Shown here piece after piece: positions 36,203-47,290 of a stretch of 64,000 nt of DNA; position 1 is the stretch's first letter, and each line of letters opens with the position of its first letter. The stretch covers positions 7,663-71,662 of the IMG/VR virus record IMGVR_UViG_3300042946_000615. One strand, 5' to 3'. Position numbers and translations under genes: made by a program. The notes below the pieces were generated by a model that was not told the DNA's origin, searched no databases, and saw only the letters and a list, made by a program, of their open reading frames with translations. This DNA comes from a virus.

Positions 36203-38737
36203 TTATCCGCCTAATATAGTTTTAAATTGTGTGAGTGATGATTTTACCCTAACTGGTACTCTAGTATTTAGATAATTAATAACAGGATCAGCTTCTGAAA
36301 AACCGTTTGAGTTTTCTATACTAATGTCCAAATCTTTTTCCCACCATCCTAACCTACTGTTATTAGCAGAATTAAGACATCCTATTCCTACGCTCAAATA
36401 ATAGTCAAAAGGAAGTTTTGGAAGTGTAAGAGTTCTATTTTCCCAAACATTAGAACTGCTTGTAAATTGTACACTAATATCTCGGAAGCCAACTCCGGCT
36501 GTAACGTTAGCACTATCAAATGTTATTATACTTTCGCTATTATTATGATAAAGCCCATTGTTATAACCATCAGAATAATGTCTAGCATATATATAAGGAT
36601 AATTAGTATTGCCACTTGCTGTTTTCACAGAACCTCTGATAAACACCCTACTATTAGCAGGAACATATATGTCATTATTAAAACCCATCCATCCGCTTTC
36701 ATCTCTATCTGGATATATTCTCCATGCTGTCTCATTAAGGTCATAAATTCTCAATGCTCTTCTATTCCAACTAATATTTTTACCATATTTAAAATTATAG
36801 CCATTACAAATAAACTGCTGAGTAAACGCTGACTTAGCGTCCAGGCGGCCTTGAGCACCGTCTGTTAAATTAACGTTATCAATATATAATCCAAGACCAT
36901 TATAATTTGTCACATCCCAAGAGTTTCCAAGATAACAATTATTCATAACTGTCATATTGGTTCGTTCACCATAAGGCCAGGAAACAAAATAATCTATATA
37001 ACAATTATCTATATAATTATTACCATTTTGATAGACCATAACAAATGGGCGACTCAGCATAAATAACATATAGTTTTGTCTAAATTTTGCTGATGTTTCG
37101 TACCATTGATTGATAGAAAATCCAGCGTTGGGATTTCTAGTAGCAAAATTATATGCTACTTCTGTGGTAGTACCATACATTCCTTCTAAATATATTTGAT
37201 CACCATATCTTGCTGCTATATTATTAAAAAATCCATGATCATTGCCATATCGAGCAAAAGCCCAACTATTAGTATTATAACTAACACAATTCCTAATATT
37301 TAAAAAATGATGATCCCACCAAAAACCACAATTGCGATTATTACGTTCTGTCGGATTTATAACAATGCCATCAAAGTAACTGGTATAACTTGTTCCTATT
37401 CCACTTGCTGTAGTATTTTGATAGCTAAAACTACCTCTTAGTCCTATCGCTCCATAATCAGCGCTATTAGTATTTGCTCCAACATTAATTAAACAATTAG
37501 TAATTCTCATTCTTCTAGTATGATTATTAGATAAGTTATTAGAATAGATAAAACTTCGTTGGTCAGCACCATGCAGAGTACCTTCTGGAGCTTTTATCTT
37601 TGTGTCTCTATTCAGATTAACTACAATTCCACCAACTCCAGCTTTTACGTTTCTTTGCAATGTGGTAGTTGCAGGAGATGTAAATCCACCAGTCAGAGTT
37701 ATAACTTTTGTTGTTGTATTAATAGCTGAAATAGTATAATCCATAATATTATCCCAGCTAGTAGCATTACTATACTGTGGATCATTAACAGGAACCATGA
37801 TCAAATCGCCAACACTAAAACCATTAGTATTATTAACAGTAATAGTATTAGTTCCTTGATTACTATTAGCAGTAACAATAGCAGCTATTCTAAGAACAAT
37901 ATCTCCTGATATATGACTTTTTTCTAACCCTGTTCTATATATAGTTTCTCCTATTATGCTTCCTGAAGGAGTACCAGACAATGTTAATAAATTAGTAGCA
38001 TAATTAATATCCGTTATAGTCAGAATATTTCTATTAGCTCCAGTACCAAAAATAATCTTATAGCCAACTCTCATTACACTAGCATCAGAGACTGTTACAG
38101 TAGCTCCAGTTGTTGCAGATATAATTGTTGATGGACTAACAAAATGTCGAAAATAAATAGTATTACCACTTACATCATGTATCCACATCCCCTCATCGCT
38201 TTTTAAGAACTGATAAGCCTTATTAGTATAATCATTTCTATAAACTGTTATCCAATCACCGGCTGCAAAATTACTAGCATCAACAACACTAAGAGAAGTA
38301 TCATTATTATTAGCGTTACTCGCCAGGGTAGTTTTAGGGTTAGGATTAGTTCCTTCTATTTCACAAGTGACATATTGGTGGGCCTGTATTTGTAGTCGGT
38401 GTTGTTCAGCATTACTTCCCTTAAATTCTAACAAGCTGCCAGGATCCATTCTAAAAAATCCAGCACTATTTGTGTTTTCGGTAAACCATGTGGTATAAGA
38501 AGCGGTATTGTCAACATAAAGGATCCCATTCATCCTTAGTTTGCCGGTACTTGTTATTACTAATTTACCTCTAACAAAACTATCATCAAATCCATTTGTT
38601 ACTCTGCGATCATCATTAATAGTAACAACATGGCCATAATTAACAATGAAAATATCAGCATCAACAGGCACAGGATTTCCGCCCCATGTTGCTGTGCTAT
38701 TAAAATTACCGCTTTGAGTACTAGTTCGTGTTGCCAT
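36203..38737 (-). CDS. Spike-like protein with predicted beta-helix
   Basis: N-terminal SGNF....TW.G..VP (G8-like); repeated V....F.VGD modules; Asn-ladder beta-helix-like middle. Confidence 0.6.
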   Translation of the reverse strand: MATRTSTQSGNFNSTATWGGNPVPVDADIFIVNYGHVVTINDDRRVTNGFDDSFVRGKLVITSTGKLRMNGILYVDNTASYTTWFTENTNSAGFFRMDPGSLLEFKGSNAEQHRLQIQAHQYVTCEIEGTNPNPKTTLASNANNNDTSLSVVDASNFAAGDWITVYRNDYTNKAYQFLKSDEGMWIHDVSGNTIYFRHFVSPSTIISATTGATVTVSDASVMRVGYKIIFGTGANRNILTITDINYATNLLTLSGTPSGSIIGETIYRTGLEKSHISGDIVLRIAAIVTANSNQGTNTITVNNTNGFSVGDLIMVPVNDPQYSNATSWDNIMDYTISAINTTTKVITLTGGFTSPATTTLQRNVKAGVGGIVVNLNRDTKIKAPEGTLHGADQRSFIYSNNLSNNHTRRMRITNCLINVGANTNSADYGAIGLRGSFSYQNTTASGIGTSYTSYFDGIVINPTERNNRNCGFWWDHHFLNIRNCVSYNTNSWAFARYGNDHGFFNNIAARYGDQIYLEGMYGTTTEVAYNFATRNPNAGFSINQWYETSAKFRQNYMLFMLSRPFVMVYQNGNNYIDNCYIDYFVSWPYGERTNMTVMNNCYLGNSWDVTNYNGLGLYIDNVNLTDGAQGRLDAKSAFTQQFICNGYNFKYGKNISWNRRALRIYDLNETAWRIYPDRDESGWMGFNNDIYVPANSRVFIRGSVKTASGNTNYPYIYARHYSDGYNNGLYHNNSESIITFDSANVTAGVGFRDISVQFTSSSNVWENRTLTLPKLPFDYYLSVGIGCLNSANNSRLGWWEKDLDISIENSNGFSEADPVINYLNTRVPVRVKSSLTQFKTILGG

Positions 38738-38945
38738 TAATATGATCTAATATTGGTGAAGTATTTGTATTAGGAAACATTTTGTTCTCAAATGAAGTTG
38801 TATTGAAAGCTATCTCAAAAGTTGTGGCACTTTCTGTCTCTACTAAAGTAGTCTGGTTGAGTTGCACAACATCGCTATCTGGATATCGGTCATTATTTAC
38901 TGTTATATTTCCAGTAGTTTTATCTATATTAACATAAATTATCAT
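38721..38945 (-). CDS. Hypothetical protein
   Basis: 74 aa, GAGG RBS, preceded by the late-promoter motif. Confidence 0.6.
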   Translation of the reverse strand: MIIYVNIDKTTGNITVNNDRYPDSDVVQLNQTTLVETESATTFEIAFNTTSFENKMFPNTNTSPILDHINGNTN

Positions 38946-38968
38946 AAATTACCTCAATCTGATATACA

Positions 38969-40063
38969 CTATAAGTACTTCTTTCTCATCACATCATAAT
39001 TAGCCTTAATTTCATTAGCACTTAAAATTCGATTATATATTTTAGTACTATATAAATGACCAAAAACAGAATGGTTTCCACAATGATTAGTATTTCCCGC
39101 CAGATTAAAAACTAAAGTTGGATGAGAATAGCTCTGAGTACCACTGTTAGAAGCCACAAGAACCCCATTCACATACATTAGTAATGTTTGAGTACCTCCA
39201 ACAATAATTTGCTGAAAAGTATAGTTATATAAAGTATTGATTATATTATTATCATAAAACACACTAAGACTAGATGATCCAGCAATATTAAAGAATAGTC
39301 TTGAGGTAGTTGCTGTGACGGTATCGAACTGTGTTCTGAGTCCTGTGTAAAGTGGTCCGTTTGGTCCGTTAAAGCCTCCTTGCTTACTAAATAAACTATA
39401 TCCAGCTGCTGCTCCACAACTACTATTAACTCCGTAATAACTACTAGCTTTATACCACATATCAATAGTCATTAAGTCAGTAAAAGGAACACTATTCACA
39501 ACATTTTCATAAGCATTGCTATTAGCCCCAGTATATAATAATGCTTTATTGTCTGAGGATACTCCAGCTCCCACATTAAAATGTCTATTATTACCACTAA
39601 GATCATACCATAAATTAGAATTTGGGGTTAATACTTCTTTAATACTTAAATAATCAATATCAAAATCTGCTCCAACATTATCAGAAGATATGCTAAAATT
39701 ACCAGTAGTATTACAAGTAAATGTTCTTGAATATGTTCCAACGGGTAGACTCATTCCACCACTAAGACTAGGAGTTGTACTTGGTCCAAAACTAGCACTC
39801 GTTGTAAGTCTTCTTGCGCTAATAGTCCAAACCATTTTATATCTTTTTCCAGCAACAGCCGGAGCTATATTAGAAAAATTAATATAATTTCCCCCGATAC
39901 TGCTAATTGTTTTAACTTGACCGTCTCCAGGTGTTAACACACTGGCCTCAGTTACTAGTTCTGGCCCGTAAGAAATTGTGCCAGGATAACTTTTCTCTGT
40001 TGTAGAATCTAAATATAATATTAGTCCATCTGTTACTATTTTTGGTCCGTGTATTCTGGTCAT
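38969..40063 (-). CDS. LamG/ConA-like lectin-domain virion protein
   Basis: PKIVTDGL.LYLD....SYPG N-terminus; WYDLSGN; KIYNR.LS..EI..NY C-terminus. Confidence 0.75.
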   Translation of the reverse strand: MTRIHGPKIVTDGLILYLDSTTEKSYPGTISYGPELVTEASVLTPGDGQVKTISSIGGNYINFSNIAPAVAGKRYKMVWTISARRLTTSASFGPSTTPSLSGGMSLPVGTYSRTFTCNTTGNFSISSDNVGADFDIDYLSIKEVLTPNSNLWYDLSGNNRHFNVGAGVSSDNKALLYTGANSNAYENVVNSVPFTDLMTIDMWYKASSYYGVNSSCGAAAGYSLFSKQGGFNGPNGPLYTGLRTQFDTVTATTSRLFFNIAGSSSLSVFYDNNIINTLYNYTFQQIIVGGTQTLLMYVNGVLVASNSGTQSYSHPTLVFNLAGNTNHCGNHSVFGHLYSTKIYNRILSANEIKANYDVMRKKYL

Positions 40064-40770
40064 AATCCAAACCTATTTTTAAGAGCGTTATAATTATTTA
40101 ATACTTCACTAGCTGAAAGAACTTTATTATATACTCTTACTATAGCAATATCTCCATTATAATAATATCCTCTGCTACCAGCATATCCTCCATAAACTCC
40201 TATACTCATACCTCCATTGTTTGTAGCAATAGTTCCTGTTTGAGAGTCACTATTTTTTAATATTCCATTAACATATAATTTTCTACTTCCTGTTATGAAA
40301 GTACCAACAACTTGAAACCAACTAGATGTATTGATTCCAGCGGCAGCAGTAGTTGTTGTAATTAATTCATTAAATGTACCAAAATTTTGTCTCCAATATA
40401 TAGTATTTGATTCTTGAAATAAACTATATTGACTATTAACAGTTCCTTTTTCAAACCAAAAACCGCTTTGTGTTGTTGCATTTGTTCTTATCCAAACTTC
40501 AACTGATGGTGTTTGAGTATCGAGTAGTGTGCTATTTGGTACTCTTATAAGTCTGTTATTTGTAGTTCCATTAAAACTAAAATATTTATTACTAACAGAA
40601 CTATTAAGAACCGGCTGAAAAAGACCGGCTGTTCCAAGTTCTCCTATTATATTACTAGTACTTATATCATAGCAAGAACTTCCACTACCAGGATAACATT
40701 TAATATTTGCAAAATCCATGCAAAATACTAATCCATCAGTAACTATTTTAGGAGAATAATCTATACTCAT
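40060..40770 (-). CDS. LamG/ConA-like lectin-domain virion protein
   Basis: PKIVTDGL...D....YPG, W..VVGT, LYVNG, VRVYN..LS..EV..NYNA; paralogue of the neighbouring gene. Confidence 0.78.
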   Translation of the reverse strand: MSIDYSPKIVTDGLVFCMDFANIKCYPGSGSSCYDISTSNIIGELGTAGLFQPVLNSSVSNKYFSFNGTTNNRLIRVPNSTLLDTQTPSVEVWIRTNATTQSGFWFEKGTVNSQYSLFQESNTIYWRQNFGTFNELITTTTAAAGINTSSWFQVVGTFITGSRKLYVNGILKNSDSQTGTIATNNGGMSIGVYGGYAGSRGYYYNGDIAIVRVYNKVLSASEVLNNYNALKNRFGL

Positions 40771-43691
40771 TAATTCTCCTTTTCAACAACTAGATGATCA
40801 ACATCCTTGCGTACTCCAGTTAATGTCCAGCAGAATTGTAGTTCTCCTAAACTTTTGGCTCGATCAACCTTTACAATAAATCGGTCATTCTGTAAATCAA
40901 TCTTATCAATATAAATAGTTTTACCATGTTTAATATTAGTAATTTGAATATTTAAAGTATCGTCATCGTGGATAAGATCTTTTAAATAAGATGGTAGAGA
41001 TACTGTGCCAACGCCTTTAATCACCGTTCCTCGTCCTGTTAATCTTACTCCGTGATACGGACTTTCTAGTGAACCATATTCTAAAGAATGATCTTTTTTA
41101 GAAGGATGATCAATTCGGAAACTCTTGGTACTAGCAGCAAAACTACCGTTAACTTGAAGCTTATATGTTGGAGTTGTTGTGCCTATGCCAACATTACCAT
41201 TATTAATAACTCTAACCGCTTCTGTAGCACCATTATTTCCAACTACTAATTTAATATGATCTGTCGTACCAACATTAGTGGTTGATTTAAGAGTTAAAGA
41301 AGATCCTACTAATGTGCCTCCAGCTATACCAGCTGTTGGTCGTAGCTCGTTTTGTAAGGTCAAAGCATTAATGTCCCAAACACCAACTTGTGTTGATCCA
41401 GAAACTGCTTGATAGGTACCTCCTCCGCCAATATGAAAGTAGTGTTGACCAGTAACATAGTCTGTTATAAATGGGGCACTAATTAGTAATCTATTTTGTC
41501 TATAAAATCCATCACTAGTAAATCCAGTGCCACCCAAACTAATTTCTGCACCATAGCTTCCATTATATAAAGATAATAATGACCTTGCTGATGTTCCAGC
41601 AGAATTATTAAGTATCTGTATACCATTATTAGAATTTGATGCTGGATTAACATTTAATGCGTATGATGGAGTAGCTGTTCCTATTCCAACATTTCCATTA
41701 TTAATTATAGCAATTCTTGATATTGGGGTGGTTGAACCAGTAGGAGCAACCTCCAAAGATAAATAACCTCCACCAGAAGTATTTGCCGCAGTATTTGGTG
41801 CATTTCCACCAAGTATACGAGCCATAATGCCTCTATTTGTAGCATTACCTCTATCTCTACTATCAAAATCTATACTAGCAGTGCCTCCCTGATGTCCTCC
41901 TGGCCTACTGACTAATAAGTTTATTAATGGATAATTGGGATTAGTACTAGTATCTTCTGGACTAGTAATTCTCATACCAGAATGATGGATACCAAATGCA
42001 TATCCTGCGGTAGAATTAATATTAGAGCTTGATCCAATAGTGGTATTAATGGTAAGAGAACTTTCGGGAGAAGTTGTTCTTATACCAACATTTCCAGCAC
42101 TAGTTATTCTTAATCTTTCAGAAGCGTCAGTATCAGCAGATTGAGATGAATTAGTATAAAATCTTATTGTTCCGTCTGAAGAATAATAATAACTAGAGAG
42201 TGCTCCAACGCTATTATGTTTTGGCATTGACCCGCTCAAATAAACATTGTATCCTCCAGCAAAACCACCACCACCATCCATTGTTGCAACTCTAGCGAAT
42301 GCCAAATTATTCAGTCTAAATTCAGTATCTGAAGTAATATATGAAGTAGATCTTATTACTCCACTAACATGTAGCTTATGTGAAGGAGAGCTTATGCCTA
42401 TTCCAACATTTCCGTTAGAAGATATTCTCATGTACTCAGACAATGAGGTTGTTCCACCACCAGCCCAAAATGTTAGAGCATGATTATTGCTAGTGTCTGT
42501 TCTATTACTAACTATCCTTGCCCCAGTATATTCTGTACTGGAACTTTTTGTAACAAAATCAATGCCAACACCAGCACCAACTCCAACTCCATTAGATCCT
42601 GTTAATAATAGTTTTAATGGCCTAACACCACTAGCAAATCCAGCAGTATTATTAGTATATTCTATTGTTGTATTTAAATCATTTGTATCAGTTATATGAA
42701 CTTTACTTTGTGGAGTAACTGTTCCAATACCAACATTAGTACCATTATCAAAAATTAAACTATTACCAATTGTTGAGCTACTAGTAAACTTACTTATATA
42801 GTTAGTCGTTCCTCCACTGCTAGATATTACTCCAGTGCCATTAACACTTAAAGAAGTAAAGTTTCCGCTACTACTAGGAACCCAGTAATCCGTAGATGAA
42901 TTATATTGTAAGAATTGACCATTAGTCGCACCGCTAACATTAACATCGTGGTTATCATTCAAATGACCATAACTAGTTGGTCTTACAAAAATTTTGCCAT
43001 TACTAGCAGCATCCAAAATTATAGCAGTAGAAATAGAGTGTTTTGGTTCAACGTTGGTTAACTTACCAGATACAGTAGGGTGAACATATAATATGTCACC
43101 GTCTGCCCAAGTTTCATTTCCAACAGCTATATTGCTTGCTACATTTCCGCGAGTGTCAATTTCTGTTACATGTCCAAACTGTATAGCATAACCATTATTA
43201 TTATTATTTATATTTTCTAAAATGAGTCCAATGAAACGGACTTCACGAACACTACCATTTGCAACATATAGGGACGGTGTAATAATTCCATTGCTGTGAA
43301 CACCAGTAGCATAAACAGCTTGGCCTTTATAAAGCACAGACCCAGTTTGATTTCTTACTCTATAAAAATTATGTTGGCCAATATGAATATCAGTATTATC
43401 TGTAAGAGCTACATTAACAGTACCTTCGGTGTCATTCCATCCAATTTGACCTCTTAATAAATCGGGTTCAACATTGGTATTAAATTGGATAGTCTGAAAT
43501 GTACCACTAGCTGGGGTAATATATGTTCCACTTATACTACTAACACCAAGATTAATAATAGCATTACTACTATTTTTAGTATATAATTTACCATCTCCTA
43601 TATTTATTCCTAATTCACCTTGGCTTAGTCCAGTAGCTAGCGGAACAGCACCAGGAGTGCTACTCCTTTTATGTTGTATAATATTTGGCAT
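40770..43691 (-). CDS. Long fibre protein with C-terminal chaperone-like domain
   Basis: Repeated GNVGIG...P...L.V and E..RI modules; C-terminal KSFRIDHP......L.YGSLE.P; N-terminal KRS..PG..P...L..GEL.IN..DGKLY. Confidence 0.78.
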   Translation of the reverse strand: MPNIIQHKRSSTPGAVPLATGLSQGELGINIGDGKLYTKNSSNAIINLGVSSISGTYITPASGTFQTIQFNTNVEPDLLRGQIGWNDTEGTVNVALTDNTDIHIGQHNFYRVRNQTGSVLYKGQAVYATGVHSNGIITPSLYVANGSVREVRFIGLILENINNNNNGYAIQFGHVTEIDTRGNVASNIAVGNETWADGDILYVHPTVSGKLTNVEPKHSISTAIILDAASNGKIFVRPTSYGHLNDNHDVNVSGATNGQFLQYNSSTDYWVPSSSGNFTSLSVNGTGVISSSGGTTNYISKFTSSSTIGNSLIFDNGTNVGIGTVTPQSKVHITDTNDLNTTIEYTNNTAGFASGVRPLKLLLTGSNGVGVGAGVGIDFVTKSSSTEYTGARIVSNRTDTSNNHALTFWAGGGTTSLSEYMRISSNGNVGIGISSPSHKLHVSGVIRSTSYITSDTEFRLNNLAFARVATMDGGGGFAGGYNVYLSGSMPKHNSVGALSSYYYSSDGTIRFYTNSSQSADTDASERLRITSAGNVGIRTTSPESSLTINTTIGSSSNINSTAGYAFGIHHSGMRITSPEDTSTNPNYPLINLLVSRPGGHQGGTASIDFDSRDRGNATNRGIMARILGGNAPNTAANTSGGGYLSLEVAPTGSTTPISRIAIINNGNVGIGTATPSYALNVNPASNSNNGIQILNNSAGTSARSLLSLYNGSYGAEISLGGTGFTSDGFYRQNRLLISAPFITDYVTGQHYFHIGGGGTYQAVSGSTQVGVWDINALTLQNELRPTAGIAGGTLVGSSLTLKSTTNVGTTDHIKLVVGNNGATEAVRVINNGNVGIGTTTPTYKLQVNGSFAASTKSFRIDHPSKKDHSLEYGSLESPYHGVRLTGRGTVIKGVGTVSLPSYLKDLIHDDDTLNIQITNIKHGKTIYIDKIDLQNDRFIVKVDRAKSLGELQFCWTLTGVRKDVDHLVVEKEN

Positions 43692-43709
43692 TTAATTTTC
43701 TTTAACTAT

Positions 43710-46538
43710 TTAGAACGTTCCGCCATCTAGTGAGCAATCAACAATAGCAGCACATACTGTTCCTGCGGTTAAGTATGTTGCCGTGGTTACTGCTGTAACG
43801 TGTCCCATTCCATCAACAGTAAAACTAGCAATACCATTACTTCCTTGGGCACCAGTCAATGTTGAAGTATCATTATGGCCAATCGTTATGCTGCCACCTC
43901 CATTAGTAATATCTATTGCTGTTCCTTGTGTCAATGTGGCTTTAGTTAATGTGTTACCAGTAGTATTGCCTATTAATAATTGACCATTAGTATAAGAAGT
44001 TTGGCCGGTTCCTCCTTTGTCAACAGCAATCGTGGTTGCATTCCATGTTCCAGTAACCACTGTGCCGAGAGTTGTAAGATTAGCACTACCAGCCCAAGTA
44101 CTAAGAGCAGTATTCTCTACATTACTTAATCCTACCTTAGATTTGGCTAAACTAGTTATCCATGATGGATCAGCATATGAACCATATGTATAAATACCGC
44201 TTGTAACAGTTCCGGCATTTCCTGTAACAGAAATGTTCCAAGTACCAGTAGCATTAGATCCACTTATCGAAGGGGCGCCAATACTATTATAAGAAATTGT
44301 TCTGGCCGCACTACCATTGAATGTGAAACTAGAACTATCTCCGGCTCCACCATTATTAACGGTAATAGAATTTGTGGTATTTCTAGTATCACTCAGTCTG
44401 CTATCATTACCTTGACAAAAAGTATTAGCTGTTGATCCAAAGCTTCCTGTTGTTAATGCTCCAGCAGTTGTTGTTATAATTGGCAAGTTTGCTGTTGAGC
44501 CGATAGCACCAGCATTTGTTATATTTCCATGAACGTGACCAGCTGTAGCAAAACTACTAGAACTTAAAGAACTATCTTTAACAATCTTACCCGTAGTTCC
44601 ATCAAACATAGCAAAGTTGCCGCTAGTGGCGCTAGTTGGGCCGGTTACTAAAATGCTAGCATCAACAATGTTTGTTTGTAAAATATTCCAATTACTACCA
44701 ACAGAAGCATGAGTGCCAGCAGCAGTGCCGTCTGTTCCACAAATTATCGTATCATTAACTTCTACTACCGGGCCAGAAGCTCCACCAATTCTACCAGCAA
44801 CACTAATTTTATATACCCAACCTCTATCAGCTGCTGGATAATTAGGATTAGTTGAACAGTCTATTGTTCCCTTGAAAATCATAGCATCATTGGTGGCAAT
44901 GCCACTACCAATCATATTATCAACATAAGTTTTAACAGCATCTGCTCTTGGTAATGCCCCAGTTCCACCAGTTAATGTTGTTTCAACGCTATATCCGATG
45001 TTAAGAGCATCTCCGGTTGTGCCATTCCATGTTGGTACATACCCACCAGATGTTGATGCTAGTTTTTTAATTTGTGCATCGTTGGTAACATTGTTCAAAC
45101 TAAGATCAGTTTTAACTTGAGATGTTGATCGTGAAACTAGAGATCTGTCAGCAGAATTAGAATCTGGGGGAGAGCCTCCACCATCAAGCCCAACAAAATA
45201 ATAAGTTGTATCATTTACATTTGGAGCTTTAACATAAAATTTATCATTGACTGTACTGAATATATTATAATTATTTGATGAGTCAAGAAAACTTTTTGCA
45301 CCGTTTATGCTTTGAGTTCCCGTTGTTCTTACTACAGTACTATCAACAGATATACTATCTGCACTAACATTTATTCCATCTCCCTGACCAATATTAAATG
45401 TTCTATCAGCACTAAGATCCCCTCCTCCAACTAATCCACTTCCAGCAATCATATTTCTTTTATCTAAAGCTAAAGTACCGCTAGTGTCTGGCAATCTTAC
45501 TGTAATATTTTGAACGGGGGCATTACTTTTTAATGTGGTAACATATCCATTACCATTTTCGCTATCAATATCAAGCCTCAAAGCATCACCATCAAATCCT
45601 GGGTTAAGATTACCAGCATCAATTTGAAAATTAATTTGAGGATGTGTAAATCTAACACCACTTGTGCCTGCTAAAAAATTACCAACATTATTGCCGACTG
45701 TTAGACCGTCTCCAAATGTTTTAGCTCCACCAATACTTTGGGTTCCTGTTGTTCTTACAACAGTACTATCAACAGCTATAGCATCTGCACTTACGCTAAT
45801 ACCATCACCTTGACCAATATTAAATGTTCTATTAGCAGCTAATGTTCCTCCACCAGCTAATCCACTACCAGCAGTGAAAGTAATACCAGAAAGTGCTAGA
45901 TTCTCAACATTTCCTAGTCCAATATCGCTCTTTAATTCGCTTGGTGTTCTAGTATAAATGGTTTGAGCTGAAGAGTTTGGATTAGAAATAAATACTGGAA
46001 TATTTGTTGCTGATGAGCTAGTACCAGTAGCTCTTACTTCAAGGTGTGTATTAACCTGAAAAGTAAATGCAGTAGCCGGTGCTGATCCTGTAAGTAGCTT
46101 GAATTTATTAACACTACCATCCCACATGAAAGATATCTTCGGTGAAGAGCTACCTTCCATGAAAGAGAGTGCCGGAGCATAGTCTGTATCTGACTTAATT
46201 CCAACTGCGGAGGAACCACCAGATGTATAAAATATTTTAGTTCCTTCTATTGTCTGATTTCCTGTTGTGTAAACAGCATTTGTAGTATAGGCGGAGTTTC
46301 CATTGATACTTATTGGCCAAGTTCCACTAGCATTAGATCCTCCTCTTAGTGAATATGCTCCACTACCAGCTATAGCAGGCACTGCTGTTGATATTCCACC
46401 TACTCCGCTTCCATAAGCATAATATAGAATATTATCATTTTCATTAAAGGCTAATTCTCCATTATATAACGATGCTGCTGATGGTGATCCAGCTGATCCG
46501 CTTGATGGTCTTCTTTTAATTCTGATAGTATTAGCCAT
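43710..46538 (-). CDS. Long fibre protein
   Basis: IRIKRR...GELAFNE N-terminus; duplicated AGSGL.GGG.L...RTFNIGQGDGI module; K..VGL.NV.N repeats. Confidence 0.75.
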   Translation of the reverse strand: MANTIRIKRRPSSGSAGSPSAASLYNGELAFNENDNILYYAYGSGVGGISTAVPAIAGSGAYSLRGGSNASGTWPISINGNSAYTTNAVYTTGNQTIEGTKIFYTSGGSSAVGIKSDTDYAPALSFMEGSSSPKISFMWDGSVNKFKLLTGSAPATAFTFQVNTHLEVRATGTSSSATNIPVFISNPNSSAQTIYTRTPSELKSDIGLGNVENLALSGITFTAGSGLAGGGTLAANRTFNIGQGDGISVSADAIAVDSTVVRTTGTQSIGGAKTFGDGLTVGNNVGNFLAGTSGVRFTHPQINFQIDAGNLNPGFDGDALRLDIDSENGNGYVTTLKSNAPVQNITVRLPDTSGTLALDKRNMIAGSGLVGGGDLSADRTFNIGQGDGINVSADSISVDSTVVRTTGTQSINGAKSFLDSSNNYNIFSTVNDKFYVKAPNVNDTTYYFVGLDGGGSPPDSNSADRSLVSRSTSQVKTDLSLNNVTNDAQIKKLASTSGGYVPTWNGTTGDALNIGYSVETTLTGGTGALPRADAVKTYVDNMIGSGIATNDAMIFKGTIDCSTNPNYPAADRGWVYKISVAGRIGGASGPVVEVNDTIICGTDGTAAGTHASVGSNWNILQTNIVDASILVTGPTSATSGNFAMFDGTTGKIVKDSSLSSSSFATAGHVHGNITNAGAIGSTANLPIITTTAGALTTGSFGSTANTFCQGNDSRLSDTRNTTNSITVNNGGAGDSSSFTFNGSAARTISYNSIGAPSISGSNATGTWNISVTGNAGTVTSGIYTYGSYADPSWITSLAKSKVGLSNVENTALSTWAGSANLTTLGTVVTGTWNATTIAVDKGGTGQTSYTNGQLLIGNTTGNTLTKATLTQGTAIDITNGGGSITIGHNDTSTLTGAQGSNGIASFTVDGMGHVTAVTTATYLTAGTVCAAIVDCSLDGGTF

Positions 46539-46554
46539 TATTAAGATTCCTTAA

Positions 46555-46572
46555 AGAGAGAGAGAGAGAGAG
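46555..46572. repeat. (AG)9 dinucleotide repeat
   Basis: Direct read; lies between the late-promoter motif and the RBS of the 46538 gene. Confidence 0.9.
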
Positions 46573-46591
46573 ATTAAAAATATATACACCC

Positions 46592-47290
46592 CTAAACAGT
46601 TCCACCATCAATATCGTTTGAATTACTCCAAGCAGATAAAGAACTATTATATTTTAATAAATTAGAATTAATAGGATTAGTAATACTAACACCATTTAAC
46701 TGATCAAATTTTGGATTAATAATTGATCTTATTAAGATTGTACCACTCATATTACTATACAGCACTAAGCCAACTAAAATTATATTATATCGTGGTTTAA
46801 TTGTTGTTAGCTTACCATAATCATATGGACTAACATATAAAATATCTCCATTAGACCAACTTTCGTTACCTGTAGATATGTTGCTAAGGCTGCCTGTTGT
46901 ATCTACATTCGAAAGCATTCCAAAAACAATCGTAAAACCGACAGAGCCGTTGGGTATATATGATGATGATAAGCCTAAAAAGTTTTGTTCACTAGACATG
47001 TTGTTCGCACTATATAGCTCAACCGTTGGCAGGCCACCAGACACATCATATCCGGTAATATAAACTGCTTGACCTTTATTTATAGCATAACCGGAATTAT
47101 TTTTAATTTGAATAGTGTTTTCGAATGATGCAACATAATTCAATTTTAGCCAATTGTCGCTACCATTGCCAATTTTTAATCTGTTTGTGTCAGTTTCAAA
47201 ACCAAACTCTCCATTAGAAAGAACTGGATTTTGAGATGTCCACTCAGACATTACTCCTCTACGAATTTGTATTAATGTTCCTCTTGGCAT
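46592..47290 (-). CDS. Short fibre protein with Mtd/hyaluronidase-type N-terminus
   Basis: IQIRRG...W...NPVL..GE.GFETDT..LKIG.G...W..L.Y; second domain shared with 40770-43691 (KGQAVY.TG, GNE.W..GDILYV). Confidence 0.72.
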   Translation of the reverse strand: MPRGTLIQIRRGVMSEWTSQNPVLSNGEFGFETDTNRLKIGNGSDNWLKLNYVASFENTIQIKNNSGYAINKGQAVYITGYDVSGGLPTVELYSANNMSSEQNFLGLSSSYIPNGSVGFTIVFGMLSNVDTTGSLSNISTGNESWSNGDILYVSPYDYGKLTTIKPRYNIILVGLVLYSNMSGTILIRSIINPKFDQLNGVSITNPINSNLLKYNSSLSAWSNSNDIDGGTV

